From assembly GCA_963746405.1 (NCBI GenBank), contig CAVVAV010000003.1:1427691-1491690 (forward strand): 64,000 bases of DNA, read 5' to 3'. The notes beneath the pieces were generated by a model, which saw only the letters and a program-made list of their open reading frames with translations, was not told where the DNA came from and did no database searches. Below are positions 54,163 to 63,981 of this stretch, one piece after another (position 1 is the first letter of the stretch; each line of letters begins with the position of its first letter). A program made the position numbers and the translations under genes. This DNA comes from an uncultured Chloroflexia bacterium. Lineage in GTDB: Bacteria; Chloroflexota; Limnocylindria; Limnocylindrales; CSP1-4.

Positions 54163-55128
54163 ATGCGGGTCCATCCGTCGGCGGGGCACACGGTCCGGAG
54201 CGCGACCATCGAGGACGCTGCTGCCCTCGCCGAGCTGTTCAACGCCGTCACGCTCGACGAGGTCGGCGTCGCCTGGACGGATGAGGCCGACATGCGGGCC
54301 ACCCTCACGGCGCCGAGCTTCGACCCCGCGCGCGATGCCCCGCTCGTGTTCGACGATGCCGATGGCCTCGTTGCCGCTCTCTTGCTGCACCCGGACGGCG
54401 AGCCGGTCACGAGCGTCCTTGCGATCGGCCTGGTGCGTCCGGAGGCGACAGGTCGCGGGCTCGGGACCTTCATCACGTTGCTCGCCGAGGAGCACGCTCG
54501 ACGCCTGATCCCCGCGGACTCCAGGCGCTTCACGGTTCGCGCGGCTCGGTTCGTCCAGAACGAGGCCGCGGCGGAGCTGTTCCGGGAGCTCGGCTACGGG
54601 TGTGTGCGGACCTGGTGGCGGATGACGATCGAACTGGACGCCGATGGTCCGGCCGCGTCCCTGCCGCCCGGCCTCGAGATCGCGCCATTCGAACCCGAGC
54701 GCGACACGCGAGCCGTGTACGAGGCCCTGCACGAGGCGTTCCAGGATCACTGGGGCGAGGCGATGGGCGGCTACGAGGACTGGGTCGACCGGGTGGTCGG
54801 TCGCGACCGCTCGGATTCGCGGTTCGTCATGGTCGCCCGTGCGGGCGATGAGATCGCCGGCGTTCTCGTCGGTCGTGCCGGACTCGCCGCCGATGCCGAA
54901 GCGGGCTCGGTCGAGGAGCTCGGTGTCCGGCGTCCATGGCGCGGGAGTGGCCTCGGCCTCGCGCTGTTGCACCTGGCGTTCGCCGAGTTCCGCCGACGCG
55001 GCCTGTCGACGGCGATGCTGACGGTCGATTTGGAGAATCCCACCGGTGCCACCCGGCTTTACGAGCGTGCCGGGATGGCCGTCGAGCTGGCGTGGGAGCA
55101 CTGGGAGAAGGAGCTCCACCCCGCGTAG
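54163..55128 (+). CDS. tandem-GNAT N-acetyltransferase (MshD/mycothiol synthase-like architecture)
   Basis: 321 aa with two GNAT folds. The N-terminal one is VRSATIEDAAALAELF.... The C-terminal one is GVRRPWRGSGLGLALLHLAFAEFRRRGLSTAMLTVDLENPTGATRLYERAGM. Confidence 0.65.
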   Translation: MRVHPSAGHTVRSATIEDAAALAELFNAVTLDEVGVAWTDEADMRATLTAPSFDPARDAPLVFDDADGLVAALLLHPDGEPVTSVLAIGLVRPEATGRGLGTFITLLAEEHARRLIPADSRRFTVRAARFVQNEAAAELFRELGYGCVRTWWRMTIELDADGPAASLPPGLEIAPFEPERDTRAVYEALHEAFQDHWGEAMGGYEDWVDRVVGRDRSDSRFVMVARAGDEIAGVLVGRAGLAADAEAGSVEELGVRRPWRGSGLGLALLHLAFAEFRRRGLSTAMLTVDLENPTGATRLYERAGMAVELAWEHWEKELHPA

Positions 55129-55151
55129 GGCCCCCTCCCCGAGTTATCGAC

Positions 55152-56201
55152 CTACGGCGCGCTGAACTTCAGCACCCACGGACCTTGGAGCCGCTCGTCG
55201 CCGTTCCCGTTGATCAGCTCCTTGACGGTCACGGTCCATTCGCCCGACGCACTCGGCACGCCGCCATCGGTCATGAACGCGAGCATGCCGTCAGGCCCCG
55301 CGTCGAGGTCCCCGACGACGAACGGCAGGACCTTCCTCCCGTGACTGACCTCGCCGATCGGTGTCCATTCACCGGGCGGCAGATCTCCGTCGATTCGCAT
55401 CTCGACCCGAACGATGCCGGAGGCAGCGATGAGCCGAGGCACGGTGACCCTGACGCCGTCGATCTCGGCGACGGCGTCAGGAGTGACGGTCGTACCGCCG
55501 TCCACCACCAGCTCGAAATCGAAGGTCCATGGACCTGCGATCTGGTGCCAGGGATTCCAGTCGTTCGGCTCCGGCGGCGGCTCGGTGTCGTCGCGGACCA
55601 TGATGAATGGCAGGACGACGTGCAACTGGCGCGGCCCCGCGGGAAGCGGCAGCACCGCCGGCTGCTTCCAGGCCACGTTGACGGCCGCGAACTCGCCGTC
55701 TGGCCTCGATGTGGCGCCGCCGCCGGACTCGTACTCACCGTCTTGATCGGTCACGACCGTAGAGAACGCCATGATCTGGGTCGTTCCGGGTCGCTTCCGC
55801 TCGTCAACGACGGAGATGGCCAGGGCCAGGCGAGTCGCATCCGCGTAGGCGCGGTCGATGGTCACCCTGTAGCCGTCGACCGTCTGCGACAGGCCGATGT
55901 GCTCGCCGCGATGCCACGGCACATCGAAGGGACCGGCCAGGAAGAAGTACAGGCCCTGGAGGCTGCCGGTGGCGCCACCGAGGACGAACGTGGCCGCGAG
56001 CAGGCCGATCAGTCCGGCACGACGGCCCACACGGAGCCGTTGGGGAGCGGTCGGCTTCCAAGCCCGGAGCGTGCGGTCGATCCGCTCATCGAGCCGATCG
56101 AGGACACCGTCCAGGGGCTGGACGGCAAAGAGCGCGAGGAGTTCGGCGTCGAGCCGGTCGCTCGGGTCGAACGTGCGAGTGCGAGCGTCAGCGGTCGACA
56201 C
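55152..56201 (-). CDS. putative anti-sigma factor (single TM, large extracytoplasmic domain)
   Basis: It overlaps the ECF sigma stop by 14 nt. It has a TM helix (LIGLLAATFVLGGATGSL) and a roughly 270-aa periplasmic domain. Confidence 0.55.
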   Translation of the reverse strand: MSTADARTRTFDPSDRLDAELLALFAVQPLDGVLDRLDERIDRTLRAWKPTAPQRLRVGRRAGLIGLLAATFVLGGATGSLQGLYFFLAGPFDVPWHRGEHIGLSQTVDGYRVTIDRAYADATRLALAISVVDERKRPGTTQIMAFSTVVTDQDGEYESGGGATSRPDGEFAAVNVAWKQPAVLPLPAGPRQLHVVLPFIMVRDDTEPPPEPNDWNPWHQIAGPWTFDFELVVDGGTTVTPDAVAEIDGVRVTVPRLIAASGIVRVEMRIDGDLPPGEWTPIGEVSHGRKVLPFVVGDLDAGPDGMLAFMTDGGVPSASGEWTVTVKELINGNGDERLQGPWVLKFSAP

Positions 56202-56763
56202 GGTAGGACTCCCTGATGGTCTCGAGGGCTCGGCTGATGAGCTTCTGGGTCGCCTGGTCGGTCTTGCCCAGGACCTCGCCGATCTCGCGCGCGGTCAGGC
56301 GGGCCGCGTAGCGGAGGGCGATGGCCTCCCGTTGGACCTCGGGCAGACGGTTGACGGCCGCCACGAGCGTGGCGCGCGTCTCGCTGGCGAGGATCGCCGC
56401 CTCGGGCGTGTTGGCGTCGTGGTCGTCCGGCAGGTCGGCGTCGAGAGGGATGGCCGATGTGCGACGGCCGGCATCGATGGCCGCGTTCCGGGCGATCCGG
56501 AGGAGCCAGGCGAGGAAGCCGCCGCCCGTCGGTCGGTATCGAGGCATCGCGGTGAGCGCCCGCTCGAAGGCGACGGCGGTCAGTTCGGCGGCTTCGTCCT
56601 CGCTGCTGGTCCGACTGCGGAGATAGCGGAAGACGGCGAGCCGGTGGCGCGCGTAGAGCAGGCCGAAGGCGGCCGGATCGGACCGCGCCGCGATAACGAG
56701 TTCCTCGTCCCGCTCGCCGGCCGGAACATCCCGCTCGGCTGCCAGCCTGGCCGCGTCTTCCAT
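56188..56763 (-). CDS. ECF-type RNA polymerase sigma-70 factor
   Basis: Region 2 (LYARHRLAVFRYLRSRTSSEDEAAELTAVAFERAL) and region 4 (LTAREIGEVLGKTDQATQKLISRAL). Confidence 0.85.
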   Translation of the reverse strand: MEDAARLAAERDVPAGERDEELVIAARSDPAAFGLLYARHRLAVFRYLRSRTSSEDEAAELTAVAFERALTAMPRYRPTGGGFLAWLLRIARNAAIDAGRRTSAIPLDADLPDDHDANTPEAAILASETRATLVAAVNRLPEVQREAIALRYAARLTAREIGEVLGKTDQATQKLISRALETIRESYRVDR

Positions 56764-56864
56764 CGAATCTCCGTCAGCGCCGGGTCGCTGGTGACCCTCT
56801 GCCTAGGTAACGCGCTCCGGAGTGGATTTCGGACATGTCCGGGACTTGCGCCGCCGGCCAGGTG

Positions 56865-57248
56865 CTAGGAGCGTCGCGCGATGGCCTCGATCTCGATCAG
56901 ACCGCCCTTCGGCAGGGCGCCGACAGCGAACGTGGAGCGGGCCGGCGGCGGCTCGGGCATGTACCTGGCGTAGACCGCGTTGACCGCGGCGAAGTCGTCG
57001 ATGTTGGCGAGGAACAACGTGGTCTTCACGATGTCGTTCATGCCGACGCCGGCGGCGTCGAGCACCGCGCCGAGGTTGCGCAGCGCGCGCTCGGCCTGGG
57101 CCTCCACGCCGCCTTCGACCATCTCGCCCGTGGCGGGATCGAGACCGAGCTGGCCCGAGCAGAACACGAGGTCGCCGCTCGCGATGCCCTGGCTGTACGG
57201 GCCGATGGCGGCGGGCGCGCCGTTGGTCGAGACGGCCTGGCGGGTCAT
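56865..57248 (-). CDS. ridA: RidA/YjgF-family reactive-intermediate deaminase
   Basis: 128 aa. APAAIGPYSQGI...VFCSGQLGLDPATGE...FLANIDDFAAVN...ARSTFAVGALPKGGLIEIEAIA. This is the C-terminal part of track ORF 56865..57842. Confidence 0.85.
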   Translation of the reverse strand: MTRQAVSTNGAPAAIGPYSQGIASGDLVFCSGQLGLDPATGEMVEGGVEAQAERALRNLGAVLDAAGVGMNDIVKTTLFLANIDDFAAVNAVYARYMPEPPPARSTFAVGALPKGGLIEIEAIARRS

Positions 57249-58246
57249 GGCGTTGGCTCCTCGTGTCCGGTCCGAATGGTCGTGGCGATGATCGATGGCG
57301 GTCCGTCGCCGAGGGACGGGATCGTGCCGGCTGCGACCGCCGCCTCGACGACCTCGGCCGCTCCTTCCGCCTCTGCGAGCGAAGGATAGAGCGTCCAGAG
57401 GGTCGGTCCGGACCCGCTTAGCCCGACCGCCCGGGTCAGCGTTCGCGTCAGCGAACGCTTCACGCCGACGAGTCCCGGCGCCACCAGGAGCGCGGCCGGC
57501 AGCAAGTCGTTCGCCGAGGCGAGCACACCGGCTCGCGCGATCAGGTCCGTCCCCGACAGGCCATTGCCCAGCTCCTGCGCCAGATGCTCCGACGACATCC
57601 GGATCGACCCATCGCCCGACCGGCGGATGCCGTCGAAGACCGAGAACACGTCCGGCGTCCGGACGGCGACCGACGGCGTCACCAGCAGGATCCCCGGATG
57701 TCCGTGGACGCCCTTGAGCGACGTCAGGCGCTCGCCGCGGCCCTCCACGAGCGCCGGCACGCCGCGCAGGAAGAACGGCACGTCCGAGCCGATCGAAGCC
57801 GCCGCGTGCGCGCGGCGATCTGGGTCGAGCTCGGCGCCCCACGCTTCGAGCGCGCCATCGAAGGCGGCGGCCGCATCCGACGAGCCGCCACCGAGCCCGG
57901 CGGCGACCGGGATGTGCTTCTCGAGCCGGGCGGCAAGCGCCGGTGTCGCCGGTCGACCGGGCCCCGCCCCCACGGCAGCGCGGGCCGCCGCGATGGCACG
58001 CAGGACCAAGTTGTCGCCGACCGGGCCGGCGTCGAAGCCCGTGACGTGGAGGGTGTCGTCGCCCCCCGCGGCGCGCGCCGGCGCGAGACTCAGCCGGTCC
58101 GCCAGCGCCAGCGGCACGAAGACCGAGTGCAGATCGTGGAACCCGTCCTCGCGCCGTCCCACAACGGCCAAGGTCAGGTTGAGCTTGGCCGGCGCGAGCC
58201 GGACGACGGGCGTCAAGTGCGGATCCCGGGCCGACGAGTCACCCAT
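57245..58246 (-). CDS. ispE: 4-diphosphocytidyl-2-C-methyl-D-erythritol kinase
   Basis: APAKLNLTLAVVGRREDGFH and VAAGLGGGSSDAAA, the GHMP kinase motif. Confidence 0.85.
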   Translation of the reverse strand: MGDSSARDPHLTPVVRLAPAKLNLTLAVVGRREDGFHDLHSVFVPLALADRLSLAPARAAGGDDTLHVTGFDAGPVGDNLVLRAIAAARAAVGAGPGRPATPALAARLEKHIPVAAGLGGGSSDAAAAFDGALEAWGAELDPDRRAHAAASIGSDVPFFLRGVPALVEGRGERLTSLKGVHGHPGILLVTPSVAVRTPDVFSVFDGIRRSGDGSIRMSSEHLAQELGNGLSGTDLIARAGVLASANDLLPAALLVAPGLVGVKRSLTRTLTRAVGLSGSGPTLWTLYPSLAEAEGAAEVVEAAVAAGTIPSLGDGPPSIIATTIRTGHEEPTP

Positions 58247-59129
58247 CGCCAGAGCGCCGGCCGCGCCCGTCCGCCCCGATCGGTCCGAGCGCCTCCTTCA
58301 GTGCGAGCCACTCCCCGACCGCCACGGTCTGCGGGCGACGGTCCGGTGCGATCCCGGCCGTCTCGAGGGCCGCGGCCACGCGCGCCGCGTCGAAGGGGAG
58401 CTGTCGCGCCAGCACGTTGTGGAGCATCTTTCGTCGCTCGCGGAACGCCGCCTGGACCAGCCGCCACAACTGGTCCTCCTCCTCGGCCGGGAGCCGGTCG
58501 TCCGAATCGAACGGCTCCACCACGATGACCGCCGATTCGACGGCCGGCTCTGGCTCGAATGCCTCCGGCGGGACGCGGAAGGCGACCCGGACCCGGGCGT
58601 GGTACTGCACGAACACCGACAGGTAGCTCATCTTCCCGGGCGGCGCCGCGATCCGTTCGGCCACCTCGCGCTGGACCATGAGCACGAGCCGACGCGGTCG
58701 CGGTGGCGTGCCCAGGAGCGCGTGGAGGATCGGGCTCGTGATGTGGTACGGGAGGTTCGCGACGACGTCATAGGGTGGCTCGACGAGGCGGACGAGGTCC
58801 TGGTCGAGCGCGTCCCCTTCGATCAACCGGAGGCGACCCTCATCGAGCGCGGGCTCGAACCGCTCGCGCAGGAACACGGCAAGGCCGCGGTCGAGTTCCA
58901 CGGCGGTGACGCTGGCGCCGGCATCCAGCAGCCCGGCCGTGAGCAAGCCCAGCCCCGGCCCGATCTCAAGCACACGACCCCCCGGCTCCGGGTCCGCGGT
59001 TTCGAGGATCTGCGTCAGCACATCCGTATCGGCCAGGAAGTTCTGCGACAGGGCGTGGCGGGCGCGCAATCCGGCGGCGCGCAGCGTGGCCCGGACATCC
59101 GCCGGGTCGATGGCCGCGCGTCCGCTCAT
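58239..59129 (-). CDS. rsmA: 16S rRNA (adenine1518/1519-N6)-dimethyltransferase
   Basis: LSQNFL, VLEIGPGLGLLT and NLPYHITSP are KsgA/RsmA motifs. Confidence 0.9.
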   Translation of the reverse strand: MSGRAAIDPADVRATLRAAGLRARHALSQNFLADTDVLTQILETADPEPGGRVLEIGPGLGLLTAGLLDAGASVTAVELDRGLAVFLRERFEPALDEGRLRLIEGDALDQDLVRLVEPPYDVVANLPYHITSPILHALLGTPPRPRRLVLMVQREVAERIAAPPGKMSYLSVFVQYHARVRVAFRVPPEAFEPEPAVESAVIVVEPFDSDDRLPAEEEDQLWRLVQAAFRERRKMLHNVLARQLPFDAARVAAALETAGIAPDRRPQTVAVGEWLALKEALGPIGADGRGRRSGDG

Positions 59130-60199
59130 CGGGTCGCCAGCGGGAGCGAGGGCCGAGCGTCGAGGTCAAGCCCCGCCCGCTCTCCGGCCGCGAACCGGCG
59201 AGCCCCGGCCGCCCCGATCATCGCCCCGTTGTCGGTACACAGGCCGGGTCGCGGCACGATCAAGGGCAGACCGAGCGCCTCCGCCTCCGCCTGCAGCCGC
59301 TCGCGCAGGGGCGCATTCGCGGCCACACCTCCACCGAGCACGATCGAGCGGGCCCCGATCTCCCGCGCCGCACGCGCCGTCTTCGTGGCCAAAACGTCGA
59401 CGACGGACTCCTGGAAGCCCCAGGCCAGCTCCGCGGTCGTCGCCGCGGAGAGGGTCGCCGTGGGGTCGTCCGGAGGCAGCCCTTCGGCGGCGCGGGCCTC
59501 GGCCACGATGCGCCGCGCCGCGGTCTTGAGCCCCGAGAAGCTGAGATCGTACGAGTCACCCATCCACGCGCGCGGGAAGACGACATCGTGCCGGATGGCG
59601 CCCTCCGCGGCCTTCTGGATGGCGGGCCCGCCCGGATAGCCCAGGCCGAGCAGCCGGCCGACCTTGTCGAACGCCTCTCCGGCGGCGTCGTCCACGGTCG
59701 TGCCGAGCAGCCGGTAGGTGAGGTGGTCGCGCATCTCGACCAGGAACGTGTGGCCGCCCGACACGACGAGGGCGACGAGCGGGAACAGCGGCTCGGGCTT
59801 GGCGGCCTCGTCCTCGCCCGGGTCGACCAGCCAGGCCGCGTACACATGACCCTCGAGGTGGTTCACGCCGACGAGCGGCTTGTCGTGGACCCAGGCGAGC
59901 GCCTTGGCGAAGTTGATGCCCACGAGCAGGGACCCGGCCAGCCCGGGCCCGTACGTGACCGCGATGCCGTCGATGGCATCCCACGTGACGCCGGCATCCG
60001 ACCAGGCCTCGTCGAGCGTGGGCACGATCCAGCGGAGGTGGGCCCGGGCGGCGACCTCGGGCACGATGCCGCCCGACGGCGCATGCAGGGCCACCTGCGA
60101 GGCCACCACGTTCGAGAGGATGCGCCGGCCGCCCTCGACGAGCGCGATCCCCGTCTCGTCGCACGACGATTCGATCGACAGCAGGAGCGGTCCGCTCAC
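59126..60199 (-). CDS. tsaD: tRNA N6-adenosine threonylcarbamoyltransferase
   Basis: GTG start after GAGGAG (VSGPLLLSIESSCDETGIAL). VNHLEGH, SGGHT and GGVAAN are Kae1/TsaD motifs. The track ORF extends to 60523. Confidence 0.9.
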   Translation of the reverse strand: MSGPLLLSIESSCDETGIALVEGGRRILSNVVASQVALHAPSGGIVPEVAARAHLRWIVPTLDEAWSDAGVTWDAIDGIAVTYGPGLAGSLLVGINFAKALAWVHDKPLVGVNHLEGHVYAAWLVDPGEDEAAKPEPLFPLVALVVSGGHTFLVEMRDHLTYRLLGTTVDDAAGEAFDKVGRLLGLGYPGGPAIQKAAEGAIRHDVVFPRAWMGDSYDLSFSGLKTAARRIVAEARAAEGLPPDDPTATLSAATTAELAWGFQESVVDVLATKTARAAREIGARSIVLGGGVAANAPLRERLQAEAEALGLPLIVPRPGLCTDNGAMIGAAGARRFAAGERAGLDLDARPSLPLATR

Positions 60200-60732
60200 G
60201 CGGTCTCCTCTGGGGCCGGGATCGGTCGTTCGCGTGGGTCGGTCGGGGCAGGCGCGGCGTCGAGCGCCGCGCGTAGCCGCTCGACGCGGGTGCGCATCGC
60301 GGGGTCGGTCAGCGCGTCCGTGGTCATGATCAGCGCGTCCTCGTTGTCGTCGCTGTAGTACCGCGGCCGCAGCCCGACCGGGCGGAATCCGTACTTCTCG
60401 TACAGCTTCCGGGCGGGCAGGTTGGACAGGCGCACCTCGAGGGTCGCCTCGTGGGCGCCGCGCTCGGTCGCGATGTCGAGGAACGCGACGAGGAGCCGCT
60501 CGCCGATGCGCTGGCGACGCCACGCCGGATGCACCGCGAACGTGGTGATGTGCGCCTCATCGACCATGAGCCACATGCCCCCGTACGCCGCGATCGTGTC
60601 ACCGATCCGTGCCACGAGGTAGTGGGCGAGTCGGTTGCTTTCGAGCTCGCTCTGGTAGGCGTGCGGCGGCCACGGGGAGATGAAGCTGGCCTGCTCGATC
60701 GCGTGGACATCGGGGAGATCATCGAGCCGCAT
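60196..60732 (-). CDS. rimI: ribosomal-protein-alanine N-acetyltransferase
   Basis: GNAT. MRLDDLPDVHAIEQASF...RRQRIGERLL. The longer start at 60771 would overlap the tsaB end. Confidence 0.8.
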   Translation of the reverse strand: MRLDDLPDVHAIEQASFISPWPPHAYQSELESNRLAHYLVARIGDTIAAYGGMWLMVDEAHITTFAVHPAWRRQRIGERLLVAFLDIATERGAHEATLEVRLSNLPARKLYEKYGFRPVGLRPRYYSDDNEDALIMTTDALTDPAMRTRVERLRAALDAAPAPTDPRERPIPAPEETA

Positions 60733-60749
60733 CGGCCCGATGACCACCC

Positions 60750-61502
60750 TCAGCGGGGGTCGCGCGACCATTCGACGGTCCCGCCCGTGGCCGCCACGCC
60801 GCGCGGGAGGGTGACGTAGTCGGGGACGAGCGTCTCGAGCTCCGATCCGGCGGATCCCGCGTCGGCGTCGGCATCCGCCGCGAGTGCCGACAGCCGGGCC
60901 GCGCCCGCCCGCAGCAGCGCCTGGCCGAGCCCCGCCCGAGCCGTCTCCCCGCGTGCCAGCGCGTCGTCGGGGGCCCGGCCCTCCAGGTCCACCGCCACGA
61001 GGCGCTCGCCGGGCGCGATGGTCGGCTCCTCGCCGGCGGGCAGCGGCACGGGCCGGGTGCCGGCACGGACCACGAGGCGGTCGCGTGGGCCGGCAGGCAG
61101 CAGCAGGACCGTCGCTGCCGCCGCGACATCGAGGCCGTCGGCCGCCGCCACGGCGGCCTCCGCCGACTCGATCGCCTCGATCAACGCCTCGGCCGTCGAC
61201 ACGCCGACCAGCGGGATGCCGAGCCCGTGCGCGAGGCCCTTCGCCGTTGCGATGCCGACTCGCAGGCCGGTGAACGCCCCGGGTCCGGTGCCAACGACGA
61301 TGCCGACGAGGCGCGACCTGCGGATGTTCTGCTCACCAAGGAACCGCCCGATCGACGGCAGCAGGGTCTCGCCATGCCGGTAGCCGGCCGTCCACGTCGA
61401 GACGCCGTCCGCAACGCCGTCGGGCGTGCCCGTGGCGATGACGACCTGCGTCGTGGCCGTATCGATGGCGAGGATCGCCCGGCGCCGCCCGTCGTGGGTC
61501 AT
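60750..61502 (-). CDS. tsaB: tRNA threonylcarbamoyladenosine biosynthesis protein TsaB
   Basis: ILAIDTATTQVVIA...VVGTGPGAFTGLRVGIATAKGLA. The ATG overlaps the tsaE stop (ATGA). Confidence 0.85.
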   Translation of the reverse strand: MTHDGRRRAILAIDTATTQVVIATGTPDGVADGVSTWTAGYRHGETLLPSIGRFLGEQNIRRSRLVGIVVGTGPGAFTGLRVGIATAKGLAHGLGIPLVGVSTAEALIEAIESAEAAVAAADGLDVAAAATVLLLPAGPRDRLVVRAGTRPVPLPAGEEPTIAPGERLVAVDLEGRAPDDALARGETARAGLGQALLRAGAARLSALAADADADAGSAGSELETLVPDYVTLPRGVAATGGTVEWSRDPR

Positions 61503-61975
61503 GACGCGGCGTCCAGGTAGCGCCGCTCGTCGTCGGAGCCCGCCACGAGCGTGATCCTGCGTGTGGTCTCGCCGGTGACCTCGATGCGGACGTCCAGGCG
61601 CGCGATGGGAAGTGCGTCGCCGAGCCGCTCCGGCCACTCGACGAGCGTGACCCCCTCGCGCTGGCGCTCATCGATGAGGCCGCCGGCCAGCGCGTCCTCC
61701 GCGGATGCCAGCCGGTAGGGATCGATGTGGAAGAGCGGCAGCCGCCCGCGGTACTCCGCCATCAGGATGAAGCTCGGCGAGGTGACGGTCTCGGTCACCC
61801 CGAGCCCGACCGCGAAGGCCTTGGCGAGATGGGTCTTGCCCGCCCCGAGATCGCCCCACAGGCAGACGAGGTCGCCGGCCTGGGCGACCGCGCCCAGCGA
61901 TCGACCCAGGCGTGTGGTGGCGGCGGGATCGGCCGACTCCACGACCCGTGTCGCGGTCGTCGCGGGGGCACGCAT
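61499..61975 (-). CDS. tsaE: tRNA threonylcarbamoyladenosine biosynthesis ATPase TsaE
   Basis: Walker A in LWGDLGAGKTHLAK, and SPSFIL. Confidence 0.85.
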   Translation of the reverse strand: MRAPATTATRVVESADPAATTRLGRSLGAVAQAGDLVCLWGDLGAGKTHLAKAFAVGLGVTETVTSPSFILMAEYRGRLPLFHIDPYRLASAEDALAGGLIDERQREGVTLVEWPERLGDALPIARLDVRIEVTGETTRRITLVAGSDDERRYLDAAS

Positions 61976-61978
61976 GAG

Positions 61979-62965
61979 TCAGACGAACCGCTCGAGATCG
62001 CCGAGTGGCACCGCCGTGACCGATCCGTCGGCGAACCGGACGGACCCAGCCTCGAGGTGCACGCCACCGGCGAACCGGCGCGGCCCCACGACACCGGCCC
62101 ACGTCCCCTCGCGTCCGCCGAGCGGACCGCCGCGCACCTGCACGAGGTCCGGCGGGGGGATGGGCACGTCCATGTCCGCCTCGAAGACGAGCGCCGGCGG
62201 GTCGCCCACGATCGCCACCTCCTGGCCGGCCAGCGCCCCCAGCACGTCCATGACCGGGCTCGGGAGCGGCCGGCGGGTGGCACCTTCCAGCACGAGGACG
62301 GCATACGGGGCGAGCCGGTGGAGCGCGGCTCGCTGGCGTCGCTCGGACGCGGTGAAGTCACGCCGTTCCTTGCTGGCGAGACCGCCGACGACGATGCCGC
62401 GCACGCCCATGGCCCGCGCTCGAGTGAGTGTCTCCGCATCGATCCGCGAGCCGACCACCAGGATCGTCCCGGCCAGACCGACGTCGAGCCCGCCCGAGCG
62501 CAGCTCGCCGTCGCTGCCCGCGGCGATGTGGAGGCGACCGCGCGTGGGCCCGCCCAGGGCGACGATCCCGTGGAGGGCGCGGCCGCTGGCCTGGACCACG
62601 ATGGCCGAGCCCGGTCGGACCTCGCGCACGATGCCCGTGACGGGGCTGTCGAAGGTCTCCGTGACCTCGCCGCTCGCGACGCGCCAGCGGTCCTTCCACA
62701 CGAACAGGAGCTCGCCATCGGCGGTCCGTGCCCCGGGCCGCGGATCGGCGCTCGGCGGGACGACCCGGTCGATCAGCAACGGATCGCGCACGCGCTCCGC
62801 GATCGGCGCGCCGGCCACGACCGTCTCGCCCGGCGCCACGAGGGCCCGATCGCCGGGCGCGAGGCTGAACGTGATCTCGGGCGGCGGGTCGATGAGCCGG
62901 CGGGCGCTGACCAGACCAAGGTCCGCCGTGGCTGGTTCGTCGGCGACCGGGTATCCCGTCGTCAC
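61979..62965 (-). CDS. hypothetical protein
   Basis: 328-aa C-terminal part of track ORF 61979..63613. GTG start (VTTGYPVADE...) overlaps the stop of the upstream gene (GTGA). The upstream 216 aa of the track ORF are Arg-rich out-of-frame sequence. Confidence 0.5.
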   Translation of the reverse strand: MTTGYPVADEPATADLGLVSARRLIDPPPEITFSLAPGDRALVAPGETVVAGAPIAERVRDPLLIDRVVPPSADPRPGARTADGELLFVWKDRWRVASGEVTETFDSPVTGIVREVRPGSAIVVQASGRALHGIVALGGPTRGRLHIAAGSDGELRSGGLDVGLAGTILVVGSRIDAETLTRARAMGVRGIVVGGLASKERRDFTASERRQRAALHRLAPYAVLVLEGATRRPLPSPVMDVLGALAGQEVAIVGDPPALVFEADMDVPIPPPDLVQVRGGPLGGREGTWAGVVGPRRFAGGVHLEAGSVRFADGSVTAVPLGDLERFV

Positions 62966-63981
62966 GTGTCGTACCCCTGCCACAGCGCCGCCTGCCAGGC
63001 CGCCAGCAGATCGCGTCTCCGGTCGGCACGGTCCGGCAGGCGCAGCGGGACGTCGCGCAGGTCCACGAGGAGTCCACCGAGGCCGCCCGCCACGTCCACG
63101 GCGAAATGGCGGCCACGGGCGCCGAGCTTCACCCGGTCGCGGAATCGGAACTCGGCGACCGCGGTCTCGCCCGGTGGCAGGTCGACGAGCTCGAGGCCGC
63201 CGGGCACGAGGTCGAGCTCGCTGACTCCCCCACCGGCATGGACGAGCACGCTGCCCGCGGATCGACCGGAGCGCAGGCCCGATGGGATCACGACGCTGCC
63301 GAGCGGCGCCAGGAGGTCGTCGATGAGGTCGCCGATGACGGTCAGGCGTTCGGTCGGGTCCGGGATCGCCCCGAGCGTGCCGAGCAGCCGTGCGTGGTCC
63401 AGGGCGAACTGGCTGGCCCCCGTCCGGCGCATGACGTCGACATGGGCGAGCGCCACCGTGGGGGCGGGCACCGCCGACCAGACGCCGCCGCCACAGACCA
63501 CGAGGTCGGGGGGCGCTCCCTCGAAATCCGTCGTGGCGGCGGCGAGCCGGACGAGCGCCGCCCTCGCCGCGGCCATCCGCAGCGCGGCACCGTCGCCGGC
63601 GGCGTCGGCCCACGGCGCGATCCGGAGCTCGCGCATGCGATCGCGGATCCGGTGCCGGTCCGACGGGACGGTCGACCAGACGAGGACCCCATCGACGATG
63701 GCGTCGTCAGGTTCGTCCGGGGCCACCGCCGCAGCCGGGACGACCGCCAGGCGGACCTCCCTGGTCACGCCCCCGACCGACGGTTCGGCCGCGGCGCGGA
63801 CACCCGCGTCGTGCCCGAGGATGATCGTCTCGACCCGCCGGTGCAGGACGTCCGCGAGGGCCTGGGTGGCGGGGCCGATCGCGCGCCGCGGATCGTCGGT
63901 CGGCATCGCGACCTCGAGGAGCAGCTCGCCGAGCGGGTCGGGCCGGCTCGCGCCCGTCGCGTCGACCCCGTTCGTGGACAC
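62962..63981 (-). CDS. hypothetical protein (start uncertain; may extend towards window edge)
   Basis: 339-aa ORF with gene-like third-position GC. It is translationally coupled to the downstream hypothetical gene. Confidence 0.45.
   Translation of the reverse strand: MSTNGVDATGASRPDPLGELLLEVAMPTDDPRRAIGPATQALADVLHRRVETIILGHDAGVRAAAEPSVGGVTREVRLAVVPAAAVAPDEPDDAIVDGVLVWSTVPSDRHRIRDRMRELRIAPWADAAGDGAALRMAAARAALVRLAAATTDFEGAPPDLVVCGGGVWSAVPAPTVALAHVDVMRRTGASQFALDHARLLGTLGAIPDPTERLTVIGDLIDDLLAPLGSVVIPSGLRSGRSAGSVLVHAGGGVSELDLVPGGLELVDLPPGETAVAEFRFRDRVKLGARGRHFAVDVAGGLGGLLVDLRDVPLRLPDRADRRRDLLAAWQAALWQGYDT

Noticed and set aside
61979-63613. N-terminal 216 aa of the 544-aa minus ORF
   Set aside because: The stretch is almost entirely Arg/Gly/Pro and out of frame with the upstream hypothetical gene. 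The GTGA-coupled GTG start at about 62965 is used instead.
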